Assembly (NCBI RefSeq): GCF_001186125.1
Contig: NW_014040272.1
Coordinates: 5,230 to 63,405, forward strand
Source: Sphaeroforma arctica JP610
Taxonomy: Eukaryota
DNA length: 58,176 nt
Direction of reading: 5' to 3'
The position numbers and the translations under genes are program-made. Below are positions 1-13,818 of the stretch, piece after piece. Below the pieces are notes generated by a model, which saw nothing but the letters and a program-made list of their open reading frames with translations, had not been told where the DNA came from and did no database searches. Numbering within the stretch: position 1 is the first letter of the stretch; each line of letters begins with the position of its first letter.

Positions 1-408
1 CACACACACACACATACACACATACATGAAATAATAAGTGACCTATGTATCGCCCTTTGTTGGATTTAGAAAAGTGACAGAGGGTGTCTTAGGTTATCTT
101 AGTGTTGTTATTAATTCTAATTGCTGGTAACGCGATTGTCGCACTGATACACTTGATAATTTTGTATATATCACTTAATCCTGAAGCCCCAGATTTTCAT
201 GCATATGCTCTCCCTTACGTTTGACAATCACCTTATTGTTCTCGAATTGATCGCATAGTGGATATAGAATAACAGATATACAAAATACCATTAGTCAACG
301 TGATATGCGATCATCCCATCAGAAGTGCCAGGTATTTTGGATGAATAAATTTTAGTATTGATGACCATGACTCGAATCTTGTCACTAATTTCTGATCTGA
401 TACACCAG

Positions 409-1725
409 GGCATGCTGTCGTCGTACCATGGTGATGAAGAAGTCAAGATACCTTGCAAGTGCACATGTGAGGACCAGAGCGACGACAACCACAAGCACCA
501 CTATCTCACAGCAGAGACTCAAGCACACACCCCTGCGGATGAACCAAGCGACGGGGAGTTCAGTGATGACGAAGAGTCGGAGGATAGTTCTGAGAGTGCG
601 CCTCAGCTGGCTTTGCCTACCTATGAACAGATACATAGTCCTGGACACGAACATGTACGCACGAGTAGTGACCCAAATATGGGGGCTAACAACACCCATG
701 CGGGTCTGTATCCAGGCTTGAAGTCGCGTTTGGGACAGTTACAGCTCGAACACAACAGCAACAGCAACAATGGACTGCATTACCACAATCCTCAGCAAAT
801 GCACTACCAGTCGCTTCCGGATATGACTGTGGAGCCTTCTGCACCGCCTCTACCCACGCAGCGACGCGCACCGTCTCCTCCCCCGAGGGTACGTACGGGG
901 TCTATTCCTGGCATGGCATCGTCTTCGGCTGTGTTGGAAGGCCGCCAGCGTAACAGCAGAGACCTCTACCACACACACTCCACACCTGTGCGTGTGCAGA
1001 CGTATTCGCACGACCACGTCTCGAGGACACAGCCTATCACACGCCCCAGCAGCACGAAGGAATCCAGTAAGAAGAACACGCAAGGCTATGTATCGTACAA
1101 GGTATGTGGATGTACCTAGTCTCATGTTGAAGTTGTCTAATATTTGTGAACTTTCATGTCATCACATACTGATTAGTGGCGAATGCACAATTTGTGTTGA
1201 AATCACAACTACCATCGTTTTGCTAAACGTCGATAAATATTGTCATGGTCTCTGCAGACTCAGCGAATCAACAACGATGGCGACAATGCGCCCGGCAAAT
1301 GGGTTAGTTACTGGGCAGACCTCTCTGAAAGATGCCTGCTTCTCTACCCTTTAAAGCCTGGAACCGAGAAGAAGAAGTCAGATGTACGCCGAAACGTGCC
1401 CAAGTACATACGCTTGCACAGCTGCATCATGAACGAGAACAGCGTTTGCTCGGACCCTCTCGGTGGCGATAAGTTTGTGTTCAGCTTCACCAATCAGCAG
1501 ACGCGTATAAGGCACTCGTTTTACCTGCAATCGCGCGATGAGCGTTCGCGTTGGTATGCGGCCATTGATCGCAATCTGGTGCAGTGCATTGAGAATGCGG
1601 CGTGCGTGTGCGACCACGAGCGTGATCAGATTCAACACGATCGTGAGATGCATGAACAGGAACAGCTGGCGAGAGATATAGATATGAGTAGCAATGGAGG
1701 AAGCCTATACCCCACGTTGGGTTAA
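409..1725 (+). CDS. 3' part of a protein with a low-complexity Pro/Ser/His region and a C-terminal PH domain; 5' exons probably upstream or outside the window
   Basis: Exons ~409-1101 (donor AAG|gtatgt) and 1258-1725 (acceptor ctgcag|) join in phase 0. The product GYVSYK-TQRINN..GKWVSYWADLSERCLLLY..YIRLHSC..KFVFSF..HSFYLQSRDERSRWYAAIDRNL fits the PH pattern, including the Trp in the C-terminal helix. Confidence 0.75.
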
Positions 1726-2036
1726 TAGGCGCAACGATCGTACACAAGGCTCCAATGTCAAGTCTAATAGCGAGAACATATACAATATAGCTACACAGTT
1801 GTGCCAAGGGTATTGCACTAGCAAGAACTATGTAGTAGTGCTTGTACGACATACACGCACGCTACATTCGCATACGACAACTAGTAGAGCAGCTACAATT
1901 CGTCTCAAAGGTATCCGCAATGTCACCCAGATGAGAATCACGATTAGACCTTACACGGACGACGGGAGCTGTTTTAAAACAACACAAGCATACGGTATTG
2001 TTGTTTATAAATTGTGGTTGCGATAGAACTGATGGA

Positions 2037-2139
2037 GAGGGTGGCTTATTATATTACCAAGTTTATTGTCAAATACCAGGATATGAGGGTGGCTTATTTT
2101 ATTACCAAGTTTATTGTCAAATACCAGGATATGAGGGTG
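2037..2139. repeat. 48-bp tandem duplication (~2.1 copies)
   Basis: gagggtggcttatt(a/t)tattaccaagtttattgtcaaataccaggatat starts at 2037 and 2085, with a partial third copy at 2133. Confidence 0.9.
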
Positions 2140-2263
2140 TATAGCCTCCACTCACCGTGTATGAAGAACGTCTTGTTTGATTTAGGGTTTTATGTAGCGC
2201 GAAGGCAGTTCAGAAAGATCATTGTGACAGCGATGACCTGATCGCGTCGTAGTTTGTTTGCCA

Positions 2264-5200
2264 TTACGCGGCACGGAGTCTTTTCTCCAGCTGATTGTCA
2301 ATCTCTAATCCTACGAGAAGCAAGGTCCCGAGGAGAAACGCCTGAGAGTTGCAAGGGCAAGTGGAGACAGATGTTGAGATGAAAGTAGCCATCTACTGAG
2401 CGGGTGGACAGCGTACTAGACTTGTAGCTGGTCATGTACGCAATACTTGCAGAAGAAGTATATGCACAGCTCCTAAAACGTGTTATTGGTGCGCAAAGTT
2501 GATTAGTGTGCATACATTTGATCGACATGCATATACTCGGCGGGGTCAGTTCAGTTGTTCACGAAAGGTAGTAGGCGTCACTATTAAAATTCGAAATATT
2601 GGTGGTATCAATAAACAAAGTGTCTGATGAAATTTAAAATAAGATTGAGTTCCTGTTCGCGTAAGGTTTTAAGCATATGCTACTAGTTGCGCACCCATAG
2701 AGAAGACGCAGAGCTAACCGTTACCATAACTCACATCCTCATGCCATACATTCGTGTATAGGAGTTGCATTCCCCGCGATGTATAACGATACAAACATTT
2801 TGCATGTTTCTGCCCAAGTATACGTAATACAACTGAGGAGATTTACCCCGCAAAATATCAGAAAGATTCAAAAGTTGGCAAGCCCGATTTTGCGTGCTTC
2901 GTTTCTACTTACAAGCGACCAGATAGCAAGCGGGTTGTGCGCGCCCGCCAATTTTTCTGGCAGGTACTTCTCCACGTTGACCAGGAGCTGATCTTCCTCA
3001 TCCATAATGATGGGGAAGGAATTACACACGACAATTATACCTGCAGAGTCGGATAGGTGTGGTATATGAGTTGAACCTGGCCATTAATGGTTGTGAAGGA
3101 TACCATGCATGCTTCATGCGGCCTGTTGAGTAAGATCGTATTTGATATAATCTGCACTCATTCTACCAGTAGTCCGAACAACAATTCAAGGCAAAGATGA
3201 AGTAGACAGCATCACACAGGAAGTCATGGTATGTCAACTTACAGCAACTATACGATATTAACAGATAACTCAACTACCGGATACGTGGCTAAGATACAAA
3301 CAATTCCGGCCCGTACACGCAACTATTAGAGACAGTCGGATAGTATTATGTGTCTATGATAAACTCTCCAAAGAAAATGTGTAATATAGCATTGAAATGT
3401 ATGGACAATGTCATACTTGTCACCAGCACTTGCATCAGCGGTTCCATCGGTTGTATCCGTCTGGTATACGGCATTACTAACCCCGTCGATACGAATGGCA
3501 GTGCCTGAGTCGAGGGATGAAACGCATGGTATTGAATTAGTTCGTGAGAACCACTTCGACTTTATTTAGCACCTCCCAGCTAAAAGGGGTCGAGTGATTT
3601 CTCGGTCAGATATCGAGCAAGTTTCACTATACATCCGACGATAGCTGTTTACCCACCATAGACACATTGGCATATAATGATAAGTTTGTTTAGTCGATGG
3701 CTTCAATCCCGTATGCAATCTCATGCATAGCCTATGGCTGATATGTATGTGATGTAGCGTTGCCCAAAGTGCAGCTGCAATTCAAAACGTTCGAGTCTCG
3801 CAGTGCACATACAAACTACGGGTACACGCCTTAGCACTCACCGAGTTCGGAACTGTCGACATCAGCAGCAACGTCAATATAGTGAAGGCAACGTACAGCA
3901 ACCGCAGGGCCCGTATCTGAAAGTAGCCGGCGGCTTGTTTGAAAGCGGCTGACACTTTAGCGCGCATTTTAAAGTAATGCAGTACCAGGATCATAAATAT
4001 TCCTGTGTAATTAGAGGCAAGAATGTGTTCAGATGAGGCTGTACGTGTACTCAATGAGATTGATTGTGTCCGTGAAAAAGCAGGTGAAAAACGGGCGTTG
4101 TATGGGATATGGTACATACTGTTTGAGACAATATAAGGTATTCTGAAACAACTGAGGTACTGCTAGACGGTAGTGTGCTGTGGATATCATACTTTCAGTG
4201 TGGTCCCATAGGTATATCTTGGGATAAACATTGACACCATTCTATCCTAATTAGGCTTCACATTATAAATGGCGGTAGTTGTATGCATCAACAAATCAAT
4301 GGATCCCTGCGCGCGTTAGATACTTTGGACTCGGCGGAAAGAACTTACCCCTGGCGGGCGTGTCTAATGAAAGTGCAAGACAACATACCACTAAACCCAG
4401 CGATGGTTTGATAGAGTGCTAGCACTACAGTCTGAGAAAAAGCCTCCTCCGGATTTGTGTCGTTTGTGGCGATGTAGAAAATTACGCCCGTCAACACGGG
4501 TGTGGACATGGCAAAGGAGTTGAAGGGAATACCCCACGACAACCACAGCACTGAACGGGTAGATGCAGTACTGAACAATGTGAGTGACTATACAGCATAG
4601 TTTTGTATTAAACACAGGTCACTGGATAATGGATGGTGTAGCGATGAAGCTCTAAATCTAGCATGCGGTGATTGACGTGTCATGTGCAGAATTAGGCTAA
4701 AATGATAGGCAGGTTATGTACAGAGTGCGGGCATGACAGTTGGATCAACCCATAGACCACAATAAACGCATTGATCCCGTAACCGTTGGTCCTTGTTTGG
4801 CGACCAGACACCTCACATCGAGCGGGATAGCGAAGGAGTCCATAACAGTGGGTGTGTATACAACGGGAGAGTTCAATGAACGTCAATCAGCTGGCACAAG
4901 AATCGCGCGATTGCACGCAATGAGATTATTTATAGATCAAACTATTGACAGAAAGATCCTTCGGTCGCAGGACAATGTATATCTACACACGGAAGCATGC
5001 CCTTTTGTAGCGTGATGCATGTGCCATAGTCACTTACATGTCGTTATAGCAGCGCCCACGAGCAACTCGTCACTTAAGGTGGTCAGCAGAGACGACAGCC
5101 CGTTCGTATCGGAATCGTAGTATATGTGCATTCCCAAGCGGACTACAGAGTGACCAGAATGATATAGCATGAGCGAGAACCACTGGAGCGCATACTATTA

Positions 5201-8200
5201 TGTAGATCGACAGCGTAGTTTGGGCGGCTTCCGAGGCTAATTACACCAGATCGGTATGTCTCTCGATATGTGCTCGGTATGTGCGACATGTACAGTACAA
5301 CGAACCGGTATTTTAATTTGCGTCTGTCCAGTGCACGCAAAATGCCTTCATGCACACGCCGATCACTGCGTATTCAATTAAGCGTGGGATGGCAAACGCT
5401 TGAATATCATATACAGCATCTAATACTTCCAGTCTCAAGTCTGGCGCGAGTGTTAAGACTTTAACGAGTGATAGTTATATTCGGCTCGACTAGAGTATAA
5501 ATTAAAATTATATAGACTTCCCATCGAAGGATCATCAAACTCCTTCTGCGCACAGTCACTCAATATAGTCGAAAGCAATGCAAAACTACTCATCGAAAAT
5601 AACCGTATACTGACTGGATGCATTCTGGTCCACGCCAGACATGCTCAAATAGTGCGTCGTAACACAAGTATAGTCGGTGAGAATTTAAGAATCCAAACCA
5701 TTCCGAATGGGTGATTCCTGCAACAGTGTTTACTTCTCGCACATCATATACGCCCGGCAACCAAGATGCCAAACGGGTAGAAGGACTGTGTCAGAATGCA
5801 ATGCAGGGTTACCCTACAGGTACGTCACTACGCACGCAGCCCCTTTCAAGCACGAATGGTGTTTGATCACCCGTTTGTGGGCATACTTACCTAGGACAGC
5901 AATCAGATGAGACGCAGTGAAAAGCTTGAGGAACTCATTGGGTAGCAACGCAATGACCCTCCTCCGCTCCAACCTGAGTATCAGAATGGGTCGAAATATA
6001 GAATGTGAGTAACTTTTTATATATGTATCCGAGAGCAGGGGTGCATGCACATGTACGATGCAAGGGATATTGAAATAGTTCAACGTCAGGTCGATTAATA
6101 TCGTGACGCCCTTTTCCAGGGAGAGTGTGTATATATGGTGTAGGTAGCGGAATATTAAAGGCGCTACAATTTGAGAGGAGCATTGTTTCAAATCTAGTCA
6201 ATCCGAGATGCGGATGGTTTATACAAGTACGCGTCCGAAGGAAGTCTTGTTTATGCGGAGTCTTGTTTGTGCGGAGGCATGTTGCGGTTGGTGCCGAGAG
6301 AGAATACTGCTCCCTACGGAGAATTTTATCGTGCATACTTCTGGTGCGTGTACTAAGAGCCACAAGACACTGCCAATAGGCATGAATGGCAGAGACTCTG
6401 CACTCAGCTCCTACGCATTCACACACAAAATCAATATGGCAAAGAAAAAACCCTACAATGAAACACTTTCCAAATGAGATGTGAGTATCTACACAATAGA
6501 GCATCCATATCATATACAGCCACTCGTTCATACTTTGATTTGCGCTCCGCCAGGCCTGTCTCTATATCCTCGAAAAAGACATCCTTGTACAGAAAGGATA
6601 TGTGAACGGTCATATCATTGACCCTTGTGCTGATGAAAAACGGCCTCAACGCAACTTCCTCCATGACAAGCTGTTTCCGCGGAGGGTCGAGATAACCCTG
6701 ATATCACATGCGCAATGACAGAATAGACGGCAAGTGAATACCGTAGGTAAGACATTTGGAAGGTGATAGGTACACCTATCGATGTAGGCGCTCAATAACA
6801 CAACAAGTTATGTCCAAATAAATCCCAAACAAATCAGACTGCCGAGGACTGTTGGGTGAGTGGAGTTTGTGGTGGAGGGAAAATACAGTGTTGGGGATGC
6901 AGAGTCACATCAACACAGTGGCATTAGATTCAAAGGGTACACAATACACAGGAAAACACTTGAAGTCAAAATGTACTCACAACACACATCGATCCAGATT
7001 AGCGTTTGACTTTTTAAACATTGAAATAAAATACTTCTGCGTTTTTGATTGTCCACATAAAAATAGCACCAGCACGTGGCATAGCCAGAGTGTCGTATAT
7101 TGTGTAGGGGGTTCTGAATCGCATCCTCTGGCCTAGTTATTGCGAAGCAGCCGTTGCGAGTATGTACCGATGACACACAATTTAGTTAAACATCGATGAC
7201 TTGACAATTGTAATACACATAATAGACACCTACTGGTATCGCTGACACCCTACCTTCTTGTCTATCTTCTTAATTATCTTGCGGATGGCGGTGAGATTTA
7301 GTGCCCTGTAGTGCTGCAGTTCGTTCGCCAAGACACACAGCTCCAGTAAGGCACGTTTGTATTCCTTGAGTTTGCGTTCCTCTGCGTGTGGCGAAGTTGC
7401 CCCCTGTCTCAGCTCCGCATCCGCTTCTTTCACTGTGAGGTGTGCAAGTGCTACTGTAAATTATCTGAGCGTACAGCGTCTACCCACGTGTGAACACTGA
7501 TACAACTACTGGCGATCGAGCTCAACATCCAATACCATGTACATCCAAAGACGCAGGAGGTTGAATCAACGAAGTAAAACAATGGGCCGAACAACATCAG
7601 TGCCCCAAACACGGCTCGTCCAACGACTATAGCAGATTGATTGCCCATAGTGCTGTCTGCCTGCAGCAGTATTCTAGTGGCATTCCACAAGACTCACCCT
7701 AAATTCATCCATTCGATTGTCATTGGAATGAGCATAGACAAGAGAGAGCAGAGCGTGCGCCAGATGCCGCGGATTGCTAAGCTTAGAATCGCAAATTGAT
7801 GGTAAGTGAAATTCGGCAACTGCGCACATAAACTGAATATATCGCTGTTCTTTACTTACAGGTTGTGGCGGGTCTGCCCTTTTTTTGTGAAGCGATTGGA
7901 GATGAGAGATACGGCACAGACCCAGCCGATTTAGGACCTGCCAGCGGCGGAGCCCGTACCTTTGCATCTGAGATTAATACGGTGAAATTTATGTGATAGT
8001 TTATACTGAAAATATATTTCAAACACACGTATCAGCTCTCAAATTGTTTTCGGTAGGAAGAATTGGAGCATGCGATATTTGTAGTTGTGAAATCGCATTT
8101 GCGCGTAATAATCCGTAAAGTCTGTCGCTGGTGCCAATTTGCCCACTAGTCTAAACATTAGACAGACAAACATCCCAAACGAACACGTTCTTTAGATCAA

Positions 8201-8996
8201 ATGTCAATTCTATGGCCTGCACTGCAACCTGCAGGAGGACACTCGAATGCACAGCATTATACTTCGACCAACTTGCACCTCACCGAAAACTTTAGTATAT
8301 TCTACACAGCCAGGGCACGTATGAGTCAGACGATTGAGAATCGAACAAAACAAAACAAAACAAAACAACTACGCAAAACACAACACAATACCTCGATCGG
8401 CAAAGGATTTCCGCCTGTCCTGTTTGGTATCTATGTCGGGCGAGTCTGACGGTCCCTGACGTAAGCCAGCAGTGGTCTCCTTTACCTTTCGTTGTGATGT
8501 GTCGTGATCACGTTGATATTTTAATCTGTGAGTGGGGTAGTTTCAGGCATCATTGATTTGAGATTTTCACAGGCGCGGAGGCGTGGTTGGGAATTAGAAA
8601 CTCCAATTGCAATGTAGATAAACCTATGCTCATGCTTTGCCGAAAGTGCACAAAATAAAGCCATATACGGGCACGTAGACGGAGGATCATGAAATCTACA
8701 CAATAGATGAAATATAACGGACTGCATATCTCGAGACATTGTGTGCTCAAGTTCATTGGCATACCTGACATATAGAAGATTATTTTATGCATTCATCAAT
8801 CCAAAAACACGAGCTACAGTCATTAACATATATGTATATTACAATCTCAAAACAATTGTCTTCATATGTATATATGTTTACAGGCCGAAAAACTATAAAC
8901 ATGTGCATATATACATACCACGCTAAAAGAAACGTCATATAAGAACATCAAGCTGCACATAAACATAAACGTATATGAGAATGAATACAAACACAC

Positions 8997-9041
<45 letters not shown>

Positions 9042-9043
9042 CA

Positions 9044-9079
<36 letters not shown>

Positions 9080-9162
9080 TATATATATATATACATATAA
9101 ATATATATATAAATAAAAGTAGTATATATATATACTTATATATATATATATATATATACAAT

Positions 9163-9203
<41 letters not shown>

Positions 9204-9208
9204 CTATA

Positions 9209-9281
<73 letters not shown>

Positions 9282-9343
9282 GTATATATGTATAAACTTA
9301 TACTTATATACATATGTATAAACTTACACTTATATATATATAT

Positions 9344-9376
<33 letters not shown>

Positions 9377-9452
9377 AATATATATATATATATTTATATA
9401 CATATGTATATATGTATAAACTTATACTTATATACATATGTATAAACTTACA

Positions 9453-9489
<37 letters not shown>

Positions 9490-10154
9490 TGTATATTCTT
9501 TGGTGTTCGAGTTAGTATGTTTGTTGATTATGTTTATTTGTATAATAATTGCACGTGTTGACGTACACATCAGTATACACAATACAAAATCGAATGACGT
9601 ATATACAACGACATCTGAAGCTCACAATAGGATAATCATTTAGGAGATACTGAATTTAAAAATCATCCAAGGCAAACAATCAACTATTCGTTTGCGGAGT
9701 GGAAGATACGTTCTAATTGTAATGTGTTACTGCGAGTGTTCAGTCTTACACATGGACGCAATGTCAGTGGGGCAAGTAAGTGAGTAAGCATGATATCGCT
9801 GATAAAAAAAGTTGAACAACATTACAACTAAGTGTCGAACCTGCCACAACAGACTAGTAAGTACGTATTGCCTCAACCGCTTCCGATCTGATGCAAAACA
9901 TGAATCACATACAAGTTCTTCTTGATGGATTCGAACTCGGCAAAAAAAGTGGACGCTTTATCTGTATAGAAGGCGTCGACTTTGTTGAGGTCATCCTCCA
10001 ACAGCCTATATAGATCGGTATCTTCAAATTCAATTGTGCCTAATTCTAGTCCGTATGAGTACTTCTTGAGTAGTGTTTTGAGCGCTTTATACGAAACGTA
10101 TAAGCCCCTCCACTGCGGCACGCTCTGAGCCTTTAATTGCTTTCCAAACTTCAT
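2264..10154 (-). CDS. SPX-domain multi-pass membrane protein (~550 aa, 12 exons)
   Basis: Exons 10154-9913, 8525-8392, 7967-7860, 7453-7254, 6697-6534, 5973-5891, 5142-5038, 4550-4389, 4002-3842, 3504-3417, 3040-2913 and 2341-2264 are all GT-AG and phase-compatible (1653 nt). SPX hallmarks are [22 protein letters not shown] and [16 protein letters not shown]. The C-terminal ~270 aa contain several hydrophobic helices. Confidence 0.85.
8995..9490. repeat. Compound (CA)n/(TA)n microsatellite in SPX intron 1
   Basis: Dinucleotide arrays are directly visible, including an internal ~65-bp duplication (~9275 and ~9398). Confidence 0.95.
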
Positions 10155-10407
10155 TGTTTGTCTAGTAAAAGCGTATCCTCATAACTCTATAGCATCTTAG
10201 CCTGCCTAAGACCATAGTAACCTCTAATAGTCGAAGTGATCGAACGATTATATACTTCACTCCTAGTGAGCCTGTAACTATTTATTCTTAAATTTGAGAA
10301 CCAGGCAATGCTATGGCTTATCGGAGGAGCATCTACAAACGCACATCTATTTACACACAAGAAGTAGCCTCTACTCTACTCTAGTAGAGTATGGCACATA
10401 TATTAAA

Positions 10408-10960
10408 TACAGTCAAACCTGGATTATTGTCCAATGCCCGATTTCGGCCGAAAATTGGACAAAATTGAAGGTAGACAATAATGGTCACTTGGGGTCTGGG
10501 ACCCATTTTTCAGGTTCATGTTGATTTGTACTGCGCCTGCAACATTACAGTTGCTTGTATTGTTTTGATACTCTCTGCGCGATCGTATTCACAAGACTTC
10601 AGGAGGTCAAAACGATCCTTCTGTTGTTCACTCGTGGTTTTGAACTCTTCACTGTCTTCATCACACTCATCGTGTATTTCTTTCTCAGCTACTAGCTCCT
10701 GCACCTCCCCATATGATAGCATCTCTTCGATTTCGATGGTTTCATTTCGGTTGATTCATCAACTCAATCATTCACTTCGGTTCTCAGTGCGGATGTTATG
10801 GGCTCGTCGGGATTAAATATCATACAGTATGTCTTGAACGTTGTTGTGAGAACAATGATTTCGCTTTCTTCTCCAGATGTGATTCTCTTCGCATAATCGG
10901 GCGCATTATTATCAGGTTGCCCTCCGGAAGACAAGTTGAACTGCTGACACCGTTCACAAC
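10408..10960 (-). mobile_element. Degenerate pogo/Tigger-like (Tc1-mariner superfamily) DNA transposon remnant
   Basis: TA+CAGTCAAACCTGGATTATTGTCC at 10408 resembles a pogo-type terminus. The adjacent minus-strand broken frame (VND*VDE../ETIEIEEMLSYGEVQELVAEKE..DEDSEE) resembles the acidic C-terminus of Tigger/CENP-B-like transposases. No second TIR was found. Confidence 0.45.
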
Positions 10961-11454
10961 CTTGACACTTGACATTGGAGTCTTAGGCCTGGCATGTCCT
11001 GACCTGGACCTAACCTCATGTCATTTTACGTTCCAACGTTTACATTTCAAAAAGTATACGTCGTATGTATGTACGTTATACTTGTATATTCATTAAGTGG
11101 TCTTGAAAATATGTTTGGGGGCATTCTCCAGGTAAGATAGTTGGACCTATTTTAGGGTACCACACTAGCCCGCCTATCTAGTAATAAAAATAGACAGATA
11201 TTGCTGATATAAAGTCATAGCTTTCTAAAACAGACAAAGGCTATGGATAAGTATTCTTTTTTACAATTCCTCTAACATATATACACATTTTTATTTGTAG
11301 CTTTTATTAAACTTCAGAGAGTTTAGACTTCACACACATATACAGGCAAATTAATACTGGTTCTGTAGCTGTTTTAGGATCGCCAGTAGCGATCGAACTT
11401 TCGCAGCAAAAGCCAATATGGGTAGAGCTAAGGACCCAGTGAAGTCTGACTATG

Positions 11455-11621
11455 CAAACATACATACATACAAACATATATATATATATATATAATAAAA
11501 GAATAGAGAAATATAGCACGCTTGCATGCATACATTGCATGAACTTCATACATATGATATAGATATAGATATGGATATAATATATGTAAATATATTTATA
11601 TAATGTGATAGAATAGAACAG

Positions 11622-11674
<53 letters not shown>

Positions 11675-11720
11675 GCACGCATGCATATATATGATATAGG
11701 TATAGATCTATATACAAGTA
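11455..11720. repeat. (TACA)n/(TA)n/(CA)n microsatellite cluster
   Basis: Directly visible, in the intergenic region between the divergent SPX and F-box genes. Confidence 0.9.
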
Positions 11721-12810
11721 GAATATGTAAATATTTTCGCGTAGCGAATTACGATACTTGCACACCAAACGCAGTCTCATGAGTCAATAGAGTATACACT
11801 AACACTGGTAAAAACACTACAGTAGTACATAAAATAGTCAAGTATTCAACAGCAATTGACTCGCCAACTGCCAAGCCGCCAACTGCCAACTTAAGTCGCA
11901 AGTGTTCACGTTGTATAATTTGTTGTCAAACGGTCATCATTTGTGTCAACTGCCTACCGTTTTTCATTGGCTGGCATTGCATTTCGTGGCCAAAACATAC
12001 GCATGGTGTATCTATCCAGGTCGAATTAGCGAAGATTTTCAGGCCAGAACATAAGCGGTAACTTATATAAATAAAAAGCAGTAGAACGTTGAACTTTACT
12101 ACTTTAGAACACAATGCTTAACTTTTTTTCAATGTGAGGTTTTAGGTTTAGTCCTCCCATTTGTGTGGTCGTTTGTCCAATCATTGTAATACGTACAATC
12201 TGTTTAAATCACCAATTAGATTGCACGGACTGATTGTCCTCAGCTTTGTATATTCTGCTTCGCTTTTCCATTTTTCTGAATACATGGTGTTGATATACGT
12301 ATTTAAAGTCTCTGGATTGGTGGAGAAGGGTAGAATTCACATACTGACCAATGAAAACACTAAATACAATTCCAGCCAGGGTTGTCCCCGGCATACCCCC
12401 CCGACACACCGTAATTACTACGAGAGCTGAAAGCATGAAGTTCTGAGGAAGAGAGTACATTCTGCAGGAACACTCTTCGATGTTCATTTCACCGCTCGAT
12501 GAGACTCTTTTTTATAGAGCTGGAAAAGCAGCGAGCATTGTTCTTATAGGTCTCTTGGTAAGCAATAATTAGCCACTTAAGCACTCGAGAGCGGAGAGAG
12601 GTTTGCTAAAATTGTTATACATGGTTTGTTAATTGCTATACATACCATTTTCCGTGTACGGGTCATTTAAGACCGTTCGCCTGGCCGAGTTAAGTTCCAG
12701 ATGTTATCACTGTGAATCAACAGGCTTCAGGTACGGGCCCCTACAATACAACGTACTGGGTAAATATATACAGAGGCATAATAAATCAGTGGGCCAAATC
12801 AAACAACAAT

Positions 12811-13392
12811 ATGGATCACTTTGAAATCTTGCCAGCTGAACTAATCCAGAATATACTACGGTATCTTCCTGGCCGAGACCTGCTGCGAGTGTCCTGCGTG
12901 AGTCGCAACTTCAGAAGCGTCATAAACGTATGTTCTTTTGTTCTCATTGTATGTTTGTTTCAATTTTCTAATCGAAACGAGAACGTAAAATACCATCCGA
13001 TTCGACTGATTAACTGTAAGATATGTCCTGGTATTTGTTATATTTGAATTCGTGCTATACTTAAGATTTTTATTTCAACGTCCGCGGATAAGTTAGAAGT
13101 TATTTCGTTATAACTTCGATTGTGCATGTAGGCGAGGTTTAGGAATATCAACCGAGTGCTGTACGTTTGTATATTTTCGCGAGTATTTTTAGAAATAAGT
13201 CATTCAAACTAGCTGCTCACATTCAGTTGTATATATGTCAAAATACGCACACACGCACACACGCACACACGCACACACGCACACACGCATACACGCACGC
13301 ACGCACACACGCATACACGCACGCACGTACACACGCAGACACGCACGCACGCACGCACGTACACACGCACACACGCACACACACACACACGC

Positions 13393-13446
<54 letters not shown>

Positions 13447-13564
13447 TATATATATATTTATATATTTATATATATATATATATATATATTCTGCACACAC
13501 GCACACACACACATGTTATATATATATATATATATATATATACATACAGGAACACAACACATGC

Positions 13565-13651
<87 letters not shown>

Positions 13652-13743
13652 ATATATATATATATATAAATATATATATATGTATATATGTATATATTTA
13701 TATATATATATTTATACATATATATATACATACATACATACTG

Positions 13744-13818
<75 letters not shown>

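Noticed and set aside
2264..4550. Faint resemblance of the SPX membrane region to SLAC1/TDT or DUF368 C-termini
   Set aside because: Only scattered residues match and the family signatures are absent, so no assignment can be made without a profile search.
5590..5790. Possible additional SPX-gene exons (also 7451-7790)
   Set aside because: The flanking exons already join in phase, and the candidates hit stops or lack compatible splice sites; transcript data would be needed.
8862..9403. ORFs rich in [12 protein letters not shown] (also 11307-11780, 13167-13934, 15868-16101, 30667-31615, 43432-44231)
   Set aside because: They are translations of (TA)n/(CA)n microsatellites, not genes.
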